DNA of 64,000 nucleotides from Octopus sinensis (Eukaryota). The position numbers and the translations under genes were made by a program. The stretch covers positions 48,484,001-48,548,000 of the forward strand of contig NC_043007.1 in NCBI RefSeq assembly GCF_006345805.1. Direction: 5' to 3'. A model generated the notes under the pieces. The model searched no databases. It was not told the DNA's origin and worked only from the letters and a program-made list of their open reading frames with translations. Numbering within the stretch: position 1 is the stretch's first letter; the number at the start of each line of letters is the position of its first letter. Positions 38,270-52,443 of this stretch are shown piece by piece.

Positions 38270-39030
38270 ATTAGTTATTTCTTAAGTCTGGGAACTTATT
38301 CTCTTGGCCTCTTCCACCAAATGGCTAAACTACAAGGACACAAACAAATCAACTCCAGCTGTCAAGTGGTTGCGGTGGGACATGGATGAATGGAAACACA
38401 CACATACACACAGTCTTTCAGCTCAGTCTACCAAATCCACTCGTAAGGCTTTGCTCAGCCCAGGGCTATCATGAGAGACACTTGCTAAAGGTGCCATGTA
38501 GTGCAACTGACAAATTGTTAAAAATGAGAACAATGTTAGAAGCTTATATAGTAAAAGGTGGTGGATTAGCAGAAATGACAAAGTGATAGACAAAATGCCT
38601 TACTATGACCACATTAGTGTTCTTTCTTGGTTCAAATCCCACAGAGGCCAACTTTAGTTTCATTGTTCTGGTATCAATAAAATAAAGTACCAACCATGTA
38701 CTGGGAATAGATTGTTGTAGTTACTCTAAAACAATAAAAAAACACTGTATTCCTCCCCTTCCCCTAACCGCTTGTCTTTTTCTAGCCTACTCTCACACTT
38801 ACCATGATAATAATATTGGTTTCAAATTTTGGCACAGGCCGGCAATTTCTGGGGAGAGGCAAGTCAATTACATTGATCCCCGTTAATCAACTGGTACCTA
38901 TTTTATCAACCCCGAAAGGATGAAAGGCAAAGTTGACCATGGTAGAATTTGAACTCAGAATATAAAGACAGATGAAATGGCTCTCAGCATTTTGCCCAGC
39001 ATGCTTGTAATTTTGCCAGCTTGCCACCTT
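38270..39030. mobile_element. SINE-C (minus, 38270-38520), SINE-A (plus, 38560-38720), SINE-A (minus, 38815-39030)
   Basis: Diagnostic blocks as in the other copies. Confidence 0.8.
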
Positions 39031-39054
39031 CATAATAATAATATTAATAATATT

Positions 39055-39480
39055 AATTTCAGACTAACAGAAGCTAGACAGCCTGATTTAGTAGTAGCAG
39101 ACAAAGAGAATAGAAACTGCCAGGTAATTGACTTTACTGTCCCAAACGATAAGAAAATTAATATGAGAGGTAGAGATAAAATAACAAAGTACCAGGGTCT
39201 AGCTATCGAATTACAGAGCCTATGGATAGTGTGGGTAAAATATATCCCTGTAGTTATAAGAGCATTAGGAACTATCTCTAAAGATTTGAACAGATGAATA
39301 GAGGAAATAGGCATAAAACCTAGTTTATTGCAGCTCCAGAAAAGAGTATTATTAGGAACAGCTAGGATAATTAGGAAGGTTCTTGACATCTAAGGTTACT
39401 TGTTGTAGCTTGATGTCAGGAATTTTTTTCCCAACAGTCTAATCTGTGGTGCATATATGAAATAATAATAATAATAATAA
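39055..39480 (+). mobile_element. R4/Dong-type LINE 3' end (restriction-like endonuclease domain)
   Basis: ARQPDLVVADKENRNCQVIDFTVPND...KITKYQGLAIELQSLW...IPVVIRALGTI...LQKRVLLGTARIIRKVLDI* matches the PD-(D/E)xK RLE domain; ends in (TAA)n. Confidence 0.88.
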
Positions 39481-39754
39481 TCCCATCCACTACCAATAAT
39501 CTTCATATCTACTTTCTGAGGAAAAACAGCCAACTCTGCTCAGACATGCTATCCATATATCAACAACAAATGTGTAGCAGACACATCTATTACCATAGCA
39601 ACAAAGTATAGCATGCTGTTAAAAATATAAAGATCTCCAATTGTTATAGACAGAGAGAAAATTATTTTTAAGCCCAGATCAGTCCTTATCCATTAGTGCT
39701 TTGGCTAAAGATATGCAAACACTGACCATGTTTCCTTCATCATCATTATCATTG

Positions 39755-39990
39755 TTTAACGTCCATTTTTTATGCTGGGCATGGGTTGGATAATTTGACA
39801 GGAGCTGGCAAGCAAGAGAACTGATCAGGTTCCAGTCTGATTTTGGCTTGGTTTCTATGACTGGATGCCCTTCCTAATGCCAACCTTTTTACAGAGTGCA
39901 CTGGGTGCTTATTACATAGTGCTGGCATGGATGCTACTATGTGACACTAGCAAAGCTTTTTATGTGACACCAGTTTATGTGGCACCGGTT
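39755..39990 (-). mobile_element. RTE-type tail
   Basis: (CAT)n followed by gtttaacgtcc...ctggatgcccttcctaatgccaacc. Confidence 0.75.
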
Positions 39991-41344
39991 TGCAGGCCAG
40001 TCTTCCTTAGAAATTCAGCCATGCACAAGTAAATGGCAGAAGTAGCTTATGATTCTCTACGACTCTCCTTATTTCTAAATAACATACCTAAGACTTATAC
40101 TACAGCAAAACCTCAATTAATGTTCTTGAATAGTTTCTAAAAATTGCAGCACTAACTGAGTAAGCACTATACGAGGTAATTACAGCATAGTATAAATTGA
40201 GTATTGAGCTAGATAGGTTATTCTTAACGGTTATACAAATTCAAATATGTAAGATGTTGTGAAACTATTGAAACATCTAGAAACTCACAGCTGCACCCTC
40301 CAAACACTTTTAAAATTATGTCAATATGATGTTACATACTGTCAGTTAGAGTTAAGATAAAATTAGAAACCTAGTTTAGTTAAGATATATTGTTACTAAT
40401 AAATCATGACACAGATTAAACTAATCAACTTTTAATAATGAGTACTACTGAGTAGTGAATAATTCATTGCATTACTTGTGTGAAGTATTGAACCTATGAC
40501 CTCTTGTGAACTTCCAGCACTTCACCATGATCTAGTGTCAAAAATAAGTGTTTTATGGCTATTTCAACAATTTGGTATATGATTCAGTAATTAGAAATAA
40601 GTGTTCTGTATATTTTTCACTATGAAATTTAGGTCATGGTTTTATTATGCTATGTACTCTGTCATCGCCTTTAAGGCAACTAAAGTCATTAAACACACAA
40701 ACTCATGCCACTACCACCACACACACACACACATCTATACACAACTCACCACTACCATCACACACACACCACACCAACACACACTGCACAACCCAATCCT
40801 TCCATCTTCACATTGTACACAACAACTTGCCCTTTCAAATTGTTCAACTATGCGGATTTAGAAATATCTGTTAGAAATAGCAGCTAAATCTGCCATTTTT
40901 AAAAAAAGGAAGAGCACATTAGATAATGATGTCCTAGACATTAGGCCTGAAACAGAAGTGTTAGTAGGAGTGAGTATAAGAGATTTGCTTAATGAAGGAC
41001 TGACCGACTGACCAGGAACTAAACAACAATGTGCAAGACCCTCCATTTCTCCATCACACAGTACAGCATGCATATCCCACTTCCTGTCAATTATGACTGC
41101 AAGAGAGTGGACTGTATTAAAACATTCAAGTGTTAAACTGCACATTAATCTTTAAACAAGGCTCAAGGTTCAAAATAAATACCAGAAGGAATTTTATTCA
41201 AAATAAATACCAGAAGGAATTTTATTCTACACTAATAATTCTGCAAATCTACTAATAAGCATTTTGTTTATACTCCTATGATTTTGTTCATTGACTGCCC
41301 TATAATAATAATGATGATGATGATGATCATGATGATGATGATCC

Positions 41345-43210
41345 TTTCTACTAAAGACACAAGGCCTGAAATTTTGGGGAAGGGGACTAGTCAATTACAT
41401 CGAAACCCCACCCCAACCCCAGTGTTTCACTAGTACTTAATTTATCGACCCCGAAAATATGAAAGGCAAAGTCAACCTCAACAGAATTTGAACTCAGAAC
41501 ATAAACCCATACGAAATGCTGCTAAGCATTTTGCCTGGTATGGTAACAATTTTGCCAGCTCACCACCTTCATAATAATAATAATAGTAATCACTTATCTG
41601 TTTTCAATGCTGGGCATGGGTTGGGTGGTTTGACTGAAAACTAGTAAGCCAGGGAACTGCACCAGGTTCCAATTTGATTTGGCATGGTTTCTATGGCTGG
41701 ATGCCCTTCCTAATACCTATTTCTTTACTACCCACAAGGGGCTAAACACAGAGGGGACAAACAAGGACAGACAAACGGATTAAGTCAATTACATCGACCC
41801 CAGTACATAACAGGTACTTATTTAATCGACCCCGGAAGGATGAAAGGCAAAGTCGACCTTGGCAGAATTTGAACTCAGAACGTAACGGTAGACGAAATAC
41901 GGCTACGCATTTCGCCCAGCGTGCTAATGTTTCTGCCAGCTCGCCCCTTTCTAATGCCAACCACTCCCAGAGTGTAGTGGGTGCTTTATAATGGCAACTT
42001 CACTAGCACTGGTGGCACGAGAAAAGTACCCAGTGGCATGCTGTAAAGTGGTGAACATTAGGAATGGAATCCAGCAGTGGAAACCATGCCAAAGCAGGCA
42101 CTGGAGCAAGATACAGTCCTTGGACCCATGGAACTTGGACATTAAATGATGATGATAAAAATAGCACTGCCAGGTACAGCACACTTCTTACATAGAGTAT
42201 TTCAAATACATTAAAAATACCACCACCAAAACAAACCACAGTACATACCAAAGACACAGAGAGCTGCACTGAGTAGAGGAGTGAAAGCATACAATAGGTA
42301 TAAGATTACTGAACAACAACAATAATAATTAATAATCCTCTCTACTAAAGGTACAATGTCTGTAATTTCGTGGGAGGAGTAAGTTGATTACATCTACCCC
42401 AGTGTTTAACTGGTACTTATTTTATCAACCTTTGAAAGGCTGAAAGGTACAGTCAACCTTGGTGGAATTTGAACTCAGAATGTAGAGACAGATGAAATAC
42501 TGCTAAGCATTTTGCCTGTCGTGCAAATGATTCTGCACATCCTAAAAACACTGTCAACTTGAGAATATTTAAGCCACAAAACCTTTTAAAATCACAAATA
42601 GTACAACAAATGTTTAATGTAATTTTAATTCTCAGTACTTTGTTTCCTTTTCGTGAAACATATTGCTACTCATAAATTAACCCCCGCAGTAAAATGTCTA
42701 ACATGCTGTTTCTTGAGGTTTATGGGTGATATATGAAACAGCTTGTTTAAAACAAAGCAACAACAACAATGAAAACATAATAATAATGGTTCCAAATTTT
42801 GGTACAAGGCCAGCAGTTTTTTGAAGGGAGGGGAGAGTTAATTACATTGACCACAGTGTTCAACTGGTACTTATTTTATTGACCCCCAAAAGGATAAAAG
42901 GTAAATTTGAGCTTGGCAGAATTTGAACTCAGAATGAAAAGCCAGAAGAAATGCCGCTAAGCATTTTGCCTGGCAAGCTAATGATTCTGCCAGATTTCTA
43001 CTAAAGGCACAAAGCCTGAAATTTTAGGGGGTAGGGAACTAGTTGGTTACATTGACCTGACCCCAGTGTTTCACTGGTACTTAATTTATCAACCCCGAAA
43101 ATATGAAAAGGCAAAGTCGATCTCAGCGGAATTCGAACTCAGAATGTACACAGACAAAACACTGCTAAGCACTTTGCCCGGCACATTAACAGTTCTGTCA
43201 ACTTGCCACC
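41345..43210 (-). mobile_element. Second SINE-A cluster (~5 minus-strand copies) with interleaved RTE tails
   Basis: Copies at ~41345, 41715, 42335, 42788 and 42997. The copy at 41715-41944 splits an RTE tail, with TSD cccttcctaat/ccctttctaat. Confidence 0.88.
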
Positions 43211-43257
43211 TTTTTTTTTTTATTGTTATAGTAGTAGTAGTAGTAGTAGTAGTAGTC

Positions 43258-43297
<40 letters not shown>

Positions 43298-43298
<1 letters not shown>

Positions 43299-43468
43299 TG
43301 CAGCGTGGAAGTTGTTTGCAAGCCATTTAAGAAACACACAAAAGCTGTTAACAGGTTGCGGTCTTAAAGTGACGAAAATATTTTGACAAATTAAACTTAA
43401 ATGTTGAAGTGAATCGAACGGCTTTTGTGTGTTTCTTAAATGGCTTACAAACACCTTCCACGCTGCAA
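43298..43468. mobile_element. 171-bp element with 52-bp inverted termini and internal hammerhead-like remnant
   Basis: 43298-43349 is the reverse complement of 43417-43468 with 3 mismatches. Confidence 0.85.
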
Positions 43469-43649
43469 CTGCTTTCATTTCAGCACACAATCTCAGATCA
43501 AATCACTTGCTATGCAAGTACATCTCCATAATAATAATAATAATAATCCTTTCTACAACAGACACAAAACACGAAAAAGGCCTGAAATTTTAGGACATGG
43601 TAAGATTCTAAACTTCTGGTTAAAATAATTATCAGGGACACATGAGGTG

Positions 43650-45720
43650 TGAGTAGAGGGAACAGCAGACAATACCACTAAGGAGGAAACCATCTTAATT
43701 CCCAAGACAGTAAGCCCTAAAATCTACAGACTAATAACCAGTCTGGTAGGGAAACAGCAGTCAACAGGGGAAGTAATCAAAAGGAATGCTGAAAAATTTG
43801 AAAGCAATAAAGAAATAAAGCGCTACTGATCACAAGAAAAGAAGACACCAAGGAAATGTTGAACAGGACTGCTGCTAAATTTGAGAAGCAAAAAGTTTCA
43901 AGTTCAAGAGAAGAGAAGGAAAAAATATGATAAAGAGTAGGAGGTCAACTAACAGACAAAAAAAAAAAAAGCATTCATTAATGCTTGTAACCAAAGTAGT
44001 TCCCAGAATGAAGATACTTCATTATGCATTTGCAGATCAAGTGAAAAAGTTGGTGATCCAATGGCTCAAAATGTCTAACTGCAGGTTTATGGAGTATTTG
44101 GCTGTTACACTAGATGTCAAGAAGGTGTTCACAGAAGTTATCCCCAATATGACAGTAATTTTGACCCGATAGTAAATAAGATTGGTAAGGGATACAGTCA
44201 AAGTGACTTGTCATTGGGTTTGGGGTCTAGTTATGAATAAACCACTGTTGGAGAAGAAGCAAAAGTAATATATACTGTAGGAGTATTTGAAGAGGACAGT
44301 GCAATGCTGTAGGGAGTTTTTGATCAAGAGGTTTTACTAGATCTTAATCTGTTTCAAAAGAGGGGATAACTGGGAAAAATAGGAGCAATTTGAAAGTCAG
44401 AAGAAAGGAAGTGAAAATTGCAGGTGGTGGAGGTATATACCCTGTTGAAGCAGCAGAATAACAAGTGGAAGTTGTTATTGGTGGGGTGTGCATATCAGAC
44501 AGTTGGAAAATTATGAGAAGATATCAGTTTTAGTGAAATGTGGAATTGTTAAGGTAGGAATAAGTCAATGGCTTCATAACTCACTATGGTAGGAATGCGA
44601 CAGTGACAGATAAGTTAGTGAACAGTGATGGCAGAAATGTCAGAGGTGGTAAGAGTAAATTCCAGAACAAGCAGGGAAGGTGTTGACACAGACTATAGTT
44701 CCTAGTTAGACAGAGAGATCAACAATAGTTCAATTATATACAATGACAACTGAATTGAAGTATGTAAGGTCATATAGTTTGCTGTACTGCAGGCAAAGGA
44801 AGTTAGAAAATAGCCTAAACTGTTATGCAATATTTCACTGATGAGGTTTAACAAGACTAAAACATATCTAAAATTGTCCTTGAAAATTTACTCCTGTTAC
44901 ATTCTAATGTAAATTAAATTCCAGGGCTGTCCCCACTATCTTTTTTGACAGGAAATAGTCATTAATGTTCTTTAGCTTCTGATACACAATAGAGAAATAG
45001 CCCAGTTTTTATCCTCCTCTATGTCATGTGATTTTAGCATTTCTTTTTCTTATTATTTTTACAAACCTTCTGAGCTCATTGCCACTTCCACTTCTACAAC
45101 GAAAATCAGAATACCTGGATTCTGATGGTCCTTCTGTATTCACCTAAGATAAAGGCAGCACACAGACAGTACAAAGTTACAACAGCTACAAGGTGTTGTA
45201 TATATCAGACAAAATAGTAAGCAACTGGACAGTTGAGTGACAGTAAAGACAATCTTAGTGACAGCAAAGACAATCACTGAAAGAAAAATTATTTGGGAAT
45301 GGAGAAAATAGGACGAAGTATGAAAGAACATGAGAATGAAAAAACAAACTTTATCCTAAATCAGTAAATTACCAAAAATGGGAGGAACATAATTATGGAC
45401 ACACCAATCGATGAACTGTGGGTGTAGAGTTTTCAAAGGTGACAATGTGTGAAGTAAGAGGACTGATTAGCAGGAAAAGGGGTAATATACAAGCAGATGA
45501 ACTTACTGGGATTTGGAACAACTATATCACGAGAAAGTATAAAGACCAGGAGACATTTGAAGAGTAGGAGTAAAACTGGAGTTTTATAAATACATGATTC
45601 ATACCAGGAAGGAAACAAATATTGAATGAGGGCAAATAAGCAACATAGACAAAGTGTAGTGTAGTTAACATCTGATGTGTCATCAAATGGAAGTCTTGAA
45701 AACTGAAGGGGCAAAGGCAG
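43650..45720 (-). pseudogene. Highly decayed Jockey/I-group-like LINE (APE + RT)
   Basis: Scattered minus-strand peptides SKFICLYITP (APE), STGYIPPPP and ILGIT resemble this group. The assignment rests on few motifs. Confidence 0.5.
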
Positions 45721-45959
45721 AGGCTAAAAAAACAGGTGAGCATGAACACCCGACCCCTATTATACTGTCATTTTGGCCTGTTGTGCAGATAACACAAAAT
45801 TCAGTCTTTTACTAAACTCTAAACAGAAACAATGCCTAAATTTATTATCTCAGTTGATGTTTTTTTCATATTTACCACAAAAAGTGGATGGATAAAGGGA
45901 GAAGGAAACTTAGGTTGGAGATAAAGCATGATTTCAGCATCATTTTGACCTGTTGATAA

Positions 45960-46385
45960 AGTCACCATCATCTTAAAGTCCACTTTTCCATGCTTGCATG
46001 GGTCAGACCAAATTTCTTGAGGCAGTTTTTCTACAACCAAATGCCCTTCCTGTTGCCAACCCTTACTTTTTTCCAAGTAAGGTAATATCTCCCCATGACT
46101 AGACACATTTTGGTGCAAGATTTTAAATAAAAAAAACACCACTTGTAAGATGATAACACTCATTTACAATTATCAAGTAATATCAAGACAAAGAGATACT
46201 ATATACACATACATAAATATATATATGACAAGCTTCTTTCAGTTTCTGTCAATCAAATCTAACACATCTTTGGGCTGCCTAAGGCAACTGTAGAAGACAT
46301 TTGTCCAAAGTGCCATGCAATGGAATTGAACCTAAAGCCATTTGGTTGAGAAGCAAACTCCTTAACCACACAGCCATGCATGTAC
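45960..46385 (-). mobile_element. SINE-C head/body with RTE-type tail
   Basis: Head at 46230-46385, (TA)n linker, then a tail containing aaatgcccttcctgttgccaacc and tttccatgcttgcatggg. Confidence 0.75.
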
Positions 46386-47598
46386 CTATTCACTAATATG
46401 GGAGACCATAAAATAGGACCAAGAAAGGAAAAGCTACAGCAATTAAAGACTAAATAAGAGAGAGGCAGGTGATAAACAGAAAGGCACTTCCAAAATGAGT
46501 TAAATGAGAAGAAAGGGTGTACCAGTATATAGTTGCTCATCCCGACAGAAATAGTACACAAATTCCCTCAAACCATACTACTACTGTTTTAACAATGGAA
46601 GTCCTAGGTATACACAAAGATGGAGTAGTCAAGGTTAGAACACTTTTGATCTCTATAGCAAAGACACTGAGTCACTAATTCAACAACCTCTTCAGAAAAT
46701 ATATATTAACCATCACAGTCTACATAGGGCAAGTGTTGTTTAGCCACAGGTCAGCTCTCATCAGTATTTCAGACATGATCACAGCATTCCAGACATGACT
46801 ATCCTATCATATTTTTAAACAACATTTTTATAATCATATTATCCAATGGCTTAGTGTTGTTTGAGGATCAGCTGACTGTTATTTCTAACAAATCAAGCAA
46901 CTAAGAAGAGGTTTCCTCATTGTTTAGACTCCCTTCTTGTAAGTGTGATCTGAGGGAAGATCCAGCTACTGTTTATTGTTTTTTTTTTTTTTTGATAGGT
47001 CACATCAAAGAACCACACAAAGATTTCCCTTACTGGTTCATCTTACCTTTTAACCTTTTACAAGATGGCATGATATGTATGACATGAGAATAGATTTTGT
47101 TTCTATTTCTTGTAGACCAAGTATCCATATAGAGGCATAGCGCTGACATTTGAGGTAGAGAAAATGACAGTAACAAATAAAATCTGTGCTTCCAGAAGCT
47201 GGGAAACAGTTAAGTAATTTATCCACGAGAGTAAATGGAAATATGGTGCTAAGGTAGAATTTGTGATGGCTAAGAGAAATTGGCAGTTAACCATGATGAG
47301 TGGAAGACTGCAAGTCACATGTACCCTGAGGTATTTGGAGAATGGTATATAAAATATGTACCCATCATTCCATTTGTAAACAGCACAAAGATAACAACAC
47401 ATAATCACCAAGGTAAACATAACTTTCTTGTAAATATAGACACCCATTCTGATTTCTTTTATTTTATGGACTTTTTTGCCAAAATAGAATTTTAAGAGGT
47501 TATAACTGATTCAACAATTTCTTACATCAGCAGATTATCACAAATTTTTAAGTAGATGAACTTTAATTCAGTAATGCTAATCAAAACTTCTGAATAAT

Positions 47599-47925
47599 CC
47601 TCGTTACTTCTTGATACACATGAATACTTATTAACCCTTTAGTATTCAAATTACTGTCAAAAGTAATGCTTTTTGAGATTCTGATGATCTGGTTGCTTAT
47701 TTTTATACTGACATTGTAGCATAAGTGTGAGAGGTTGAACTTGGCATGTTTGAACATAAAACAAGTTGGATGTTTTAGATGGATATGGCCAGTTTAAACT
47801 CCTCACTACTTCTTGATACTCCTCGTTACTTATTTAACATTCCTCTTTACTTCTTGATATTATTCACTACTTGTCAATATTCCTCAGTTATTTTTTATAC
47901 TTCTCTCTTCCTCATTACTTCACTC
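47599..47925. repeat. Degenerate 20-bp minisatellite (tcctcgttacttcttgatac)
   Basis: One unit at 47599-47618 and several more at 47800-47925. Confidence 0.7.
47635..47795. mobile_element. Second piggyBac-type MITE family, right TIR missing
   Basis: TTAA|ccctttagtattc start; lies between units of a 20-bp minisatellite. Confidence 0.55.
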
Positions 47926-49249
47926 ACAAAGATACTGAGCAGCCAGAAGCTATAGGAGAAAAACCTATAGCAACTAAATCTCCCTCTAATCAATCTACTA
48001 TAATAAAAAAAAACAAAGACACATTACACAAGGAATGATCATAGTTGGAAGACTTTTCATTACAGGTCTGCTTGATCAAAACTGACGTGGGGTTACACAA
48101 GACCAACCCCTAGCTATGAAGGTCACCTGACCTAGGGCTAGACAAGAACTTACCCCCATCCCTCGCCATTATATATATTTATATAGGAGATACCATTATT
48201 AATGTTCACACTATAGAACTGGTTTGTTAATTAATTACCTCACATATAATATCTCTGCTGCTGCTGCTGCTGTTATCATATAATTAATCAGTAAATTGCA
48301 AATCATCAATACCAGAAATAGATCACATAAATAACAAATATTAAGTAGTAAAACAATAACAACTACAAGTAAAACTAATAATCTTGCTGATGTATTTAGC
48401 AGGTACATTTTTAGTACATTTTAAACTTTGGTTGTTCTCTAACACATACACACACACACATATGCTCAACTAACACTGCTCTTTCTCCTCCTCTCTATCT
48501 CATTGTTTCACTCTCTACCAATTCAGGTGGTGGTAATGTAGCTGTAGTACTCCAGCTGAAGCAGCAGTAAACAACTATGATAATATTATTGCCAAATAAT
48601 AGATAAAACAGATAATTAAAATGATGATGAAACAACAACAACAACCATAATGCAAGACTATTAAACATCAATGTGTACAAGTTTTTTTTCTTTGCTTACT
48701 AGGGCTAAAGAGATAACTCTGTCTTCAGTTTTAATGGCTTGTTGAAGTTGTTTAGCCTTGAGTCAGCTCTGACTGAGTAGATCTATAATCAAAGCCATTC
48801 CAGCCATGACCATTGTCTTTTTCTTATCTGCAGAGAACCCATGACCACATTATTGAATTGTTCTTTTCTAAGATGGCATGGTGTGATTTGAGGAAGATTT
48901 AGCTGGTATTTCTAGCAGGTTTAGCAACCACATAGAGGCTGGATATGGTTGCCTTTTTGGGTCAATTTATGGACTATATAGTGAAGTATGAGATCACAAG
49001 TTCAATCTTTGCTCAAGTATTGATTACATCCTTGTACTCTGCCAGTCTAGCTAAATCCTTCACTGGGAATTCATAATATCCAAATATATAGTGCTTGATA
49101 AAAGATTTTTGTTGTGCAGCACCAGGGCAATATCAAATAAATAGACCTGCAATAGAGACTGTCCAGCTTTCTTCAGAAGAGGAAAACAAAAATCTAACAG
49201 TTTCCATCAGTGACATACAAAGGGGAGATAATTACAAGAACTCAACTTT

Positions 49250-50825
49250 TTTTTAATTGTTTCAGTCATTTGACTGCAGTCATGCTGGGGCACAGCCTTC
49301 AAGAATTTTTAGTTGAATGAATCAACCCCAGGACTTTTTTTAAGCCTGGTACTTATTCTATTGGTCTCTTCTGCCAAACAACTGAGTTATGGGGATGTAA
49401 ACACACCAACACCAGTTGTCAAGTAGTGGTGCAGGACAAACGTAGATACACACACACACATACACACACGATGGGCTTCTTTCAGTTTCCATCTACTAAA
49501 TCCACTCACAAGGCTTTGGTTGGCCCAAGGCTATACTAGAAGACACTTGCTCAAGGTGCTATGCAGTGGGATTGAACCTGGAATCATGTCATTGGGAAGC
49601 AAGCTTCCTACCACTCAGCCTATGAGAATCTTTAAAAAAAATCAATCCTTATGCTTAACGTAAAATATGATCTTTGTTAGTGATAATGACAGCAACAGAC
49701 ATGTCTTAGTATTACTAACATGAACACAATAAGTAGACAGATTTTCACATATAAAGACAGGGTCCTGAAGATTTTCAAATAGTAGTAATTAAAATTTTAA
49801 TTAATTAATTTTATTCTCTATTAACCACCATTTACTACATGATCTCAAGTATTTTTTTTTTACCATACTTAACAAGGTGAAAGTCATCTCATAAGGATTT
49901 GACTATGTTTAGTAGATCCACAGACCATGTAGGAGCTCTTTTGATGACTCAGATAACTTATTTATGTCAGGGTTTGTTATTACCTCAATGAACTCCATTT
50001 GATCCATGCAAGACGGAAAAGTGGATGCTAAGATGAAAATAATGATATATGAACACATAATTGCACATTAATAAGTACTGTACCATCACTGAATGGTTTT
50101 GAATAAACTGTGGTTTATCCAGAGTCTATTTTCACTGCAAATTTTCACTGTAACTCATGTTGCAGAGGAAATTTATCAGTGACCAACTTGCAACAAAAAT
50201 TTTGACATCACATGAAATAAATTTGAAGTGATATATATTTCTTTATTGCCCACAGAAGGCTAAACATAGAAGGGGACAAACAAGGACAGACAAAGGGATT
50301 AAGTCGATTACATCAACCCCAGTGCATAACTGGTACTTATTTAATCGACCCCGAAAGAATGAAAGGTAAAGTCAACCACAGCGGAATTTGAACTCAGAAT
50401 GTAACAGCAGACGGAATACCACTAAGCATTTCACCCAGCATGCTAATGATTCTTACAGGCACAGTTGTAGTTGTGTGGTAAGAAGCTTGCTTTTTAATCA
50501 CATGGTTCTGTGATTGAGCAAGTGTCTCCTACTATAGCCTGGAGTCAACCAAAGCCTTGTGAATGGATTTGGTAGATGAAATCTGAATGAAACCTGTTGT
50601 GTGTGTCTTTGTGTCCATGTTTGTCCCCCACTACCACTTGACAACCAGTGTTGGTGTGTTTACATCCCTGTAACTCAGTGGTTTAGCAAAATAGATCGAT
50701 AGAAAAAAATACCAGGTTTAAAAAAAAAGTAACTGTTGGGGTCAATTCATTCCACTAAAAATTCTTCAAGACAGTGCCCCAGCATGGCCACAGTCTAATG
50801 AATGAAACAAGTAAAAGGGGAAAAA
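49250..50825. mobile_element. SINE-C (minus, 49250-49620), SINE-A (minus, 50235-50450), SINE-C (plus, 50462-50825)
   Basis: Full head-body-(CA)n-tail organisation is visible in both SINE-C copies. Confidence 0.88.
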
Positions 50826-50964
50826 AAGATGACTGTAGCTTTATGAGTAATGTAATTGAAAGAATGGCTGTTCTGTGATGAAATTACATGACAAGTAAGA
50901 AAACTGAAAGGAATTTATTACTTCTTTTAAACCATTTCTCATTCTTTTGAAACTATATCATTAA

Positions 50965-51171
50965 CCCTTTCATTACAATATTTCTGTTGGAATAAATCAG
51001 CCTTTGTTTCAATCAATTGTGAAAATAATGATGAATTTAATAAAATAACTTCATCATTATTGAGCTGTTGTTTAGAATATAACATGAATTTTGATGGAAA
51101 ATTTTAATTTAGATCACTTTGAACAGGAAGTGTGTATCGGGGCTGTCTAAGGTAGGTTGGTATCAAAAGAG
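50965..51171. mobile_element. piggyBac-type MITE, inverted relative to 6275 copy
   Basis: TTAA|ccctttcattac ... ggtatcaaaagag|ttga; the body is the reverse complement of the 6275 family. Confidence 0.8.
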
Positions 51172-52443
51172 TTGAAGAGTAAAATAACCATTTATAGACT
51201 TGAACAAAGTCACTGTAATACTTCATTGTTTCAATTCATTTTACCATCATCTCCCTTTTCATATATTTTTTATTAATACTATCCTCTTTCTCTTTAACTC
51301 TCTATAAATATATATATAAATCTTGTCCAACCTTTCTGCATGCCATACTTTAACCACAAGCCTCAGCATCTACCTCTAATATATTGAACAGGTTTCTTTC
51401 ATAAAACAGATGCTGTGCCAACTCCTCACATCAAAGTGAATGGAAAAAAAAATTAAAATCAGCACAAGAAGAGCAAACAGATTCAACATTATTTGGCAAC
51501 TGCAAAACTGCATGCAGGTTAAAATCTCTAGACTATTGAGCAAGAAATCACCTTGAAGAATTGATTCCTTCCCACAGAAGAAAGAAGTTATAGATGTAAT
51601 AATGTTGAAAGATATAATATTCATAGTTTCCAAAAGATAGCAGGAATAGCAGAGAAGTAGTTAGATATGAAACAGCATTTCAAACCCACAGACTCAGTTT
51701 GCCAAACACTTACAGTCTTGATGTCTATGTAGATATATCCACTTGTAAGGAGTAATGTAATATTATGAAATGTAACTGCTATTTCCAACATGTCATGCAA
51801 CTATAATGAGGTTTCCTTATTGACTAAGCACTGATATAATTTAGTTCTTAATTGTAGTACTATTTCCAGTGATCTGCTGTGGCTGACACAACTTTTTACA
51901 TCCACCATGTTTCATCATCCATTCAAATTACATGAGCCAAAAGAACAGCCCATAGCCTTCAGTTGAATGCTGTTGTTGGTCGGAAACTTTGGTTCCTTAA
52001 ATGAAAACAATACTGTCATGCCAGTTATCAGGAATATAAACAAAAGTTTGAAGTTACAAACTGACTCATGATGACAGGAAGAACAGAGCTTAGTCTGTAC
52101 ATGATGATACATAGAGAAACTGAGACACACAGACCAACAGACACAGAAACATAGATAGAGAGAGAGAATAAGAAAGGCTGGGAGGGAGTGAAAGAAACTT
52201 TGTTTAAATTACATAGACAGTCATGTGCTTCTAGTAGTTTAGGTTACATAATTTGAAGAATGCTAGGCAGAGAGAGAGAGAGAGGAGATCAGGAGGGTTA
52301 AAGAAACAAATTATTTTCAGGTCCTCTAGAAACAAAATAAGCCGAGGTTCTAAACAAGATCTAACAACCATTGGGTAATATACACAACAATCAAAGATTA
52401 CTAATATACACACACACATACCTATTTAGCTACGAATAGTGTA

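Noticed and set aside
39030-39480. Dong/R4 as mobiliser of SINE-A because both sit in AAT repeats
   Set aside because: On their own sense strands the tails are complementary ((TAA)n versus (ATT)n), and no 3' sequence is shared.
41171-41226. Exact 28-bp tandem duplication (and a 29-bp one at ~55790-55860)
   Set aside because: Ordinary slippage duplications with no associated element.
47103-47495. 114-aa hydrophobic ORF (minus) and 71-aa ORF (plus)
   Set aside because: No recognisable family and no consistent splice pair; left unannotated pending a homology search.
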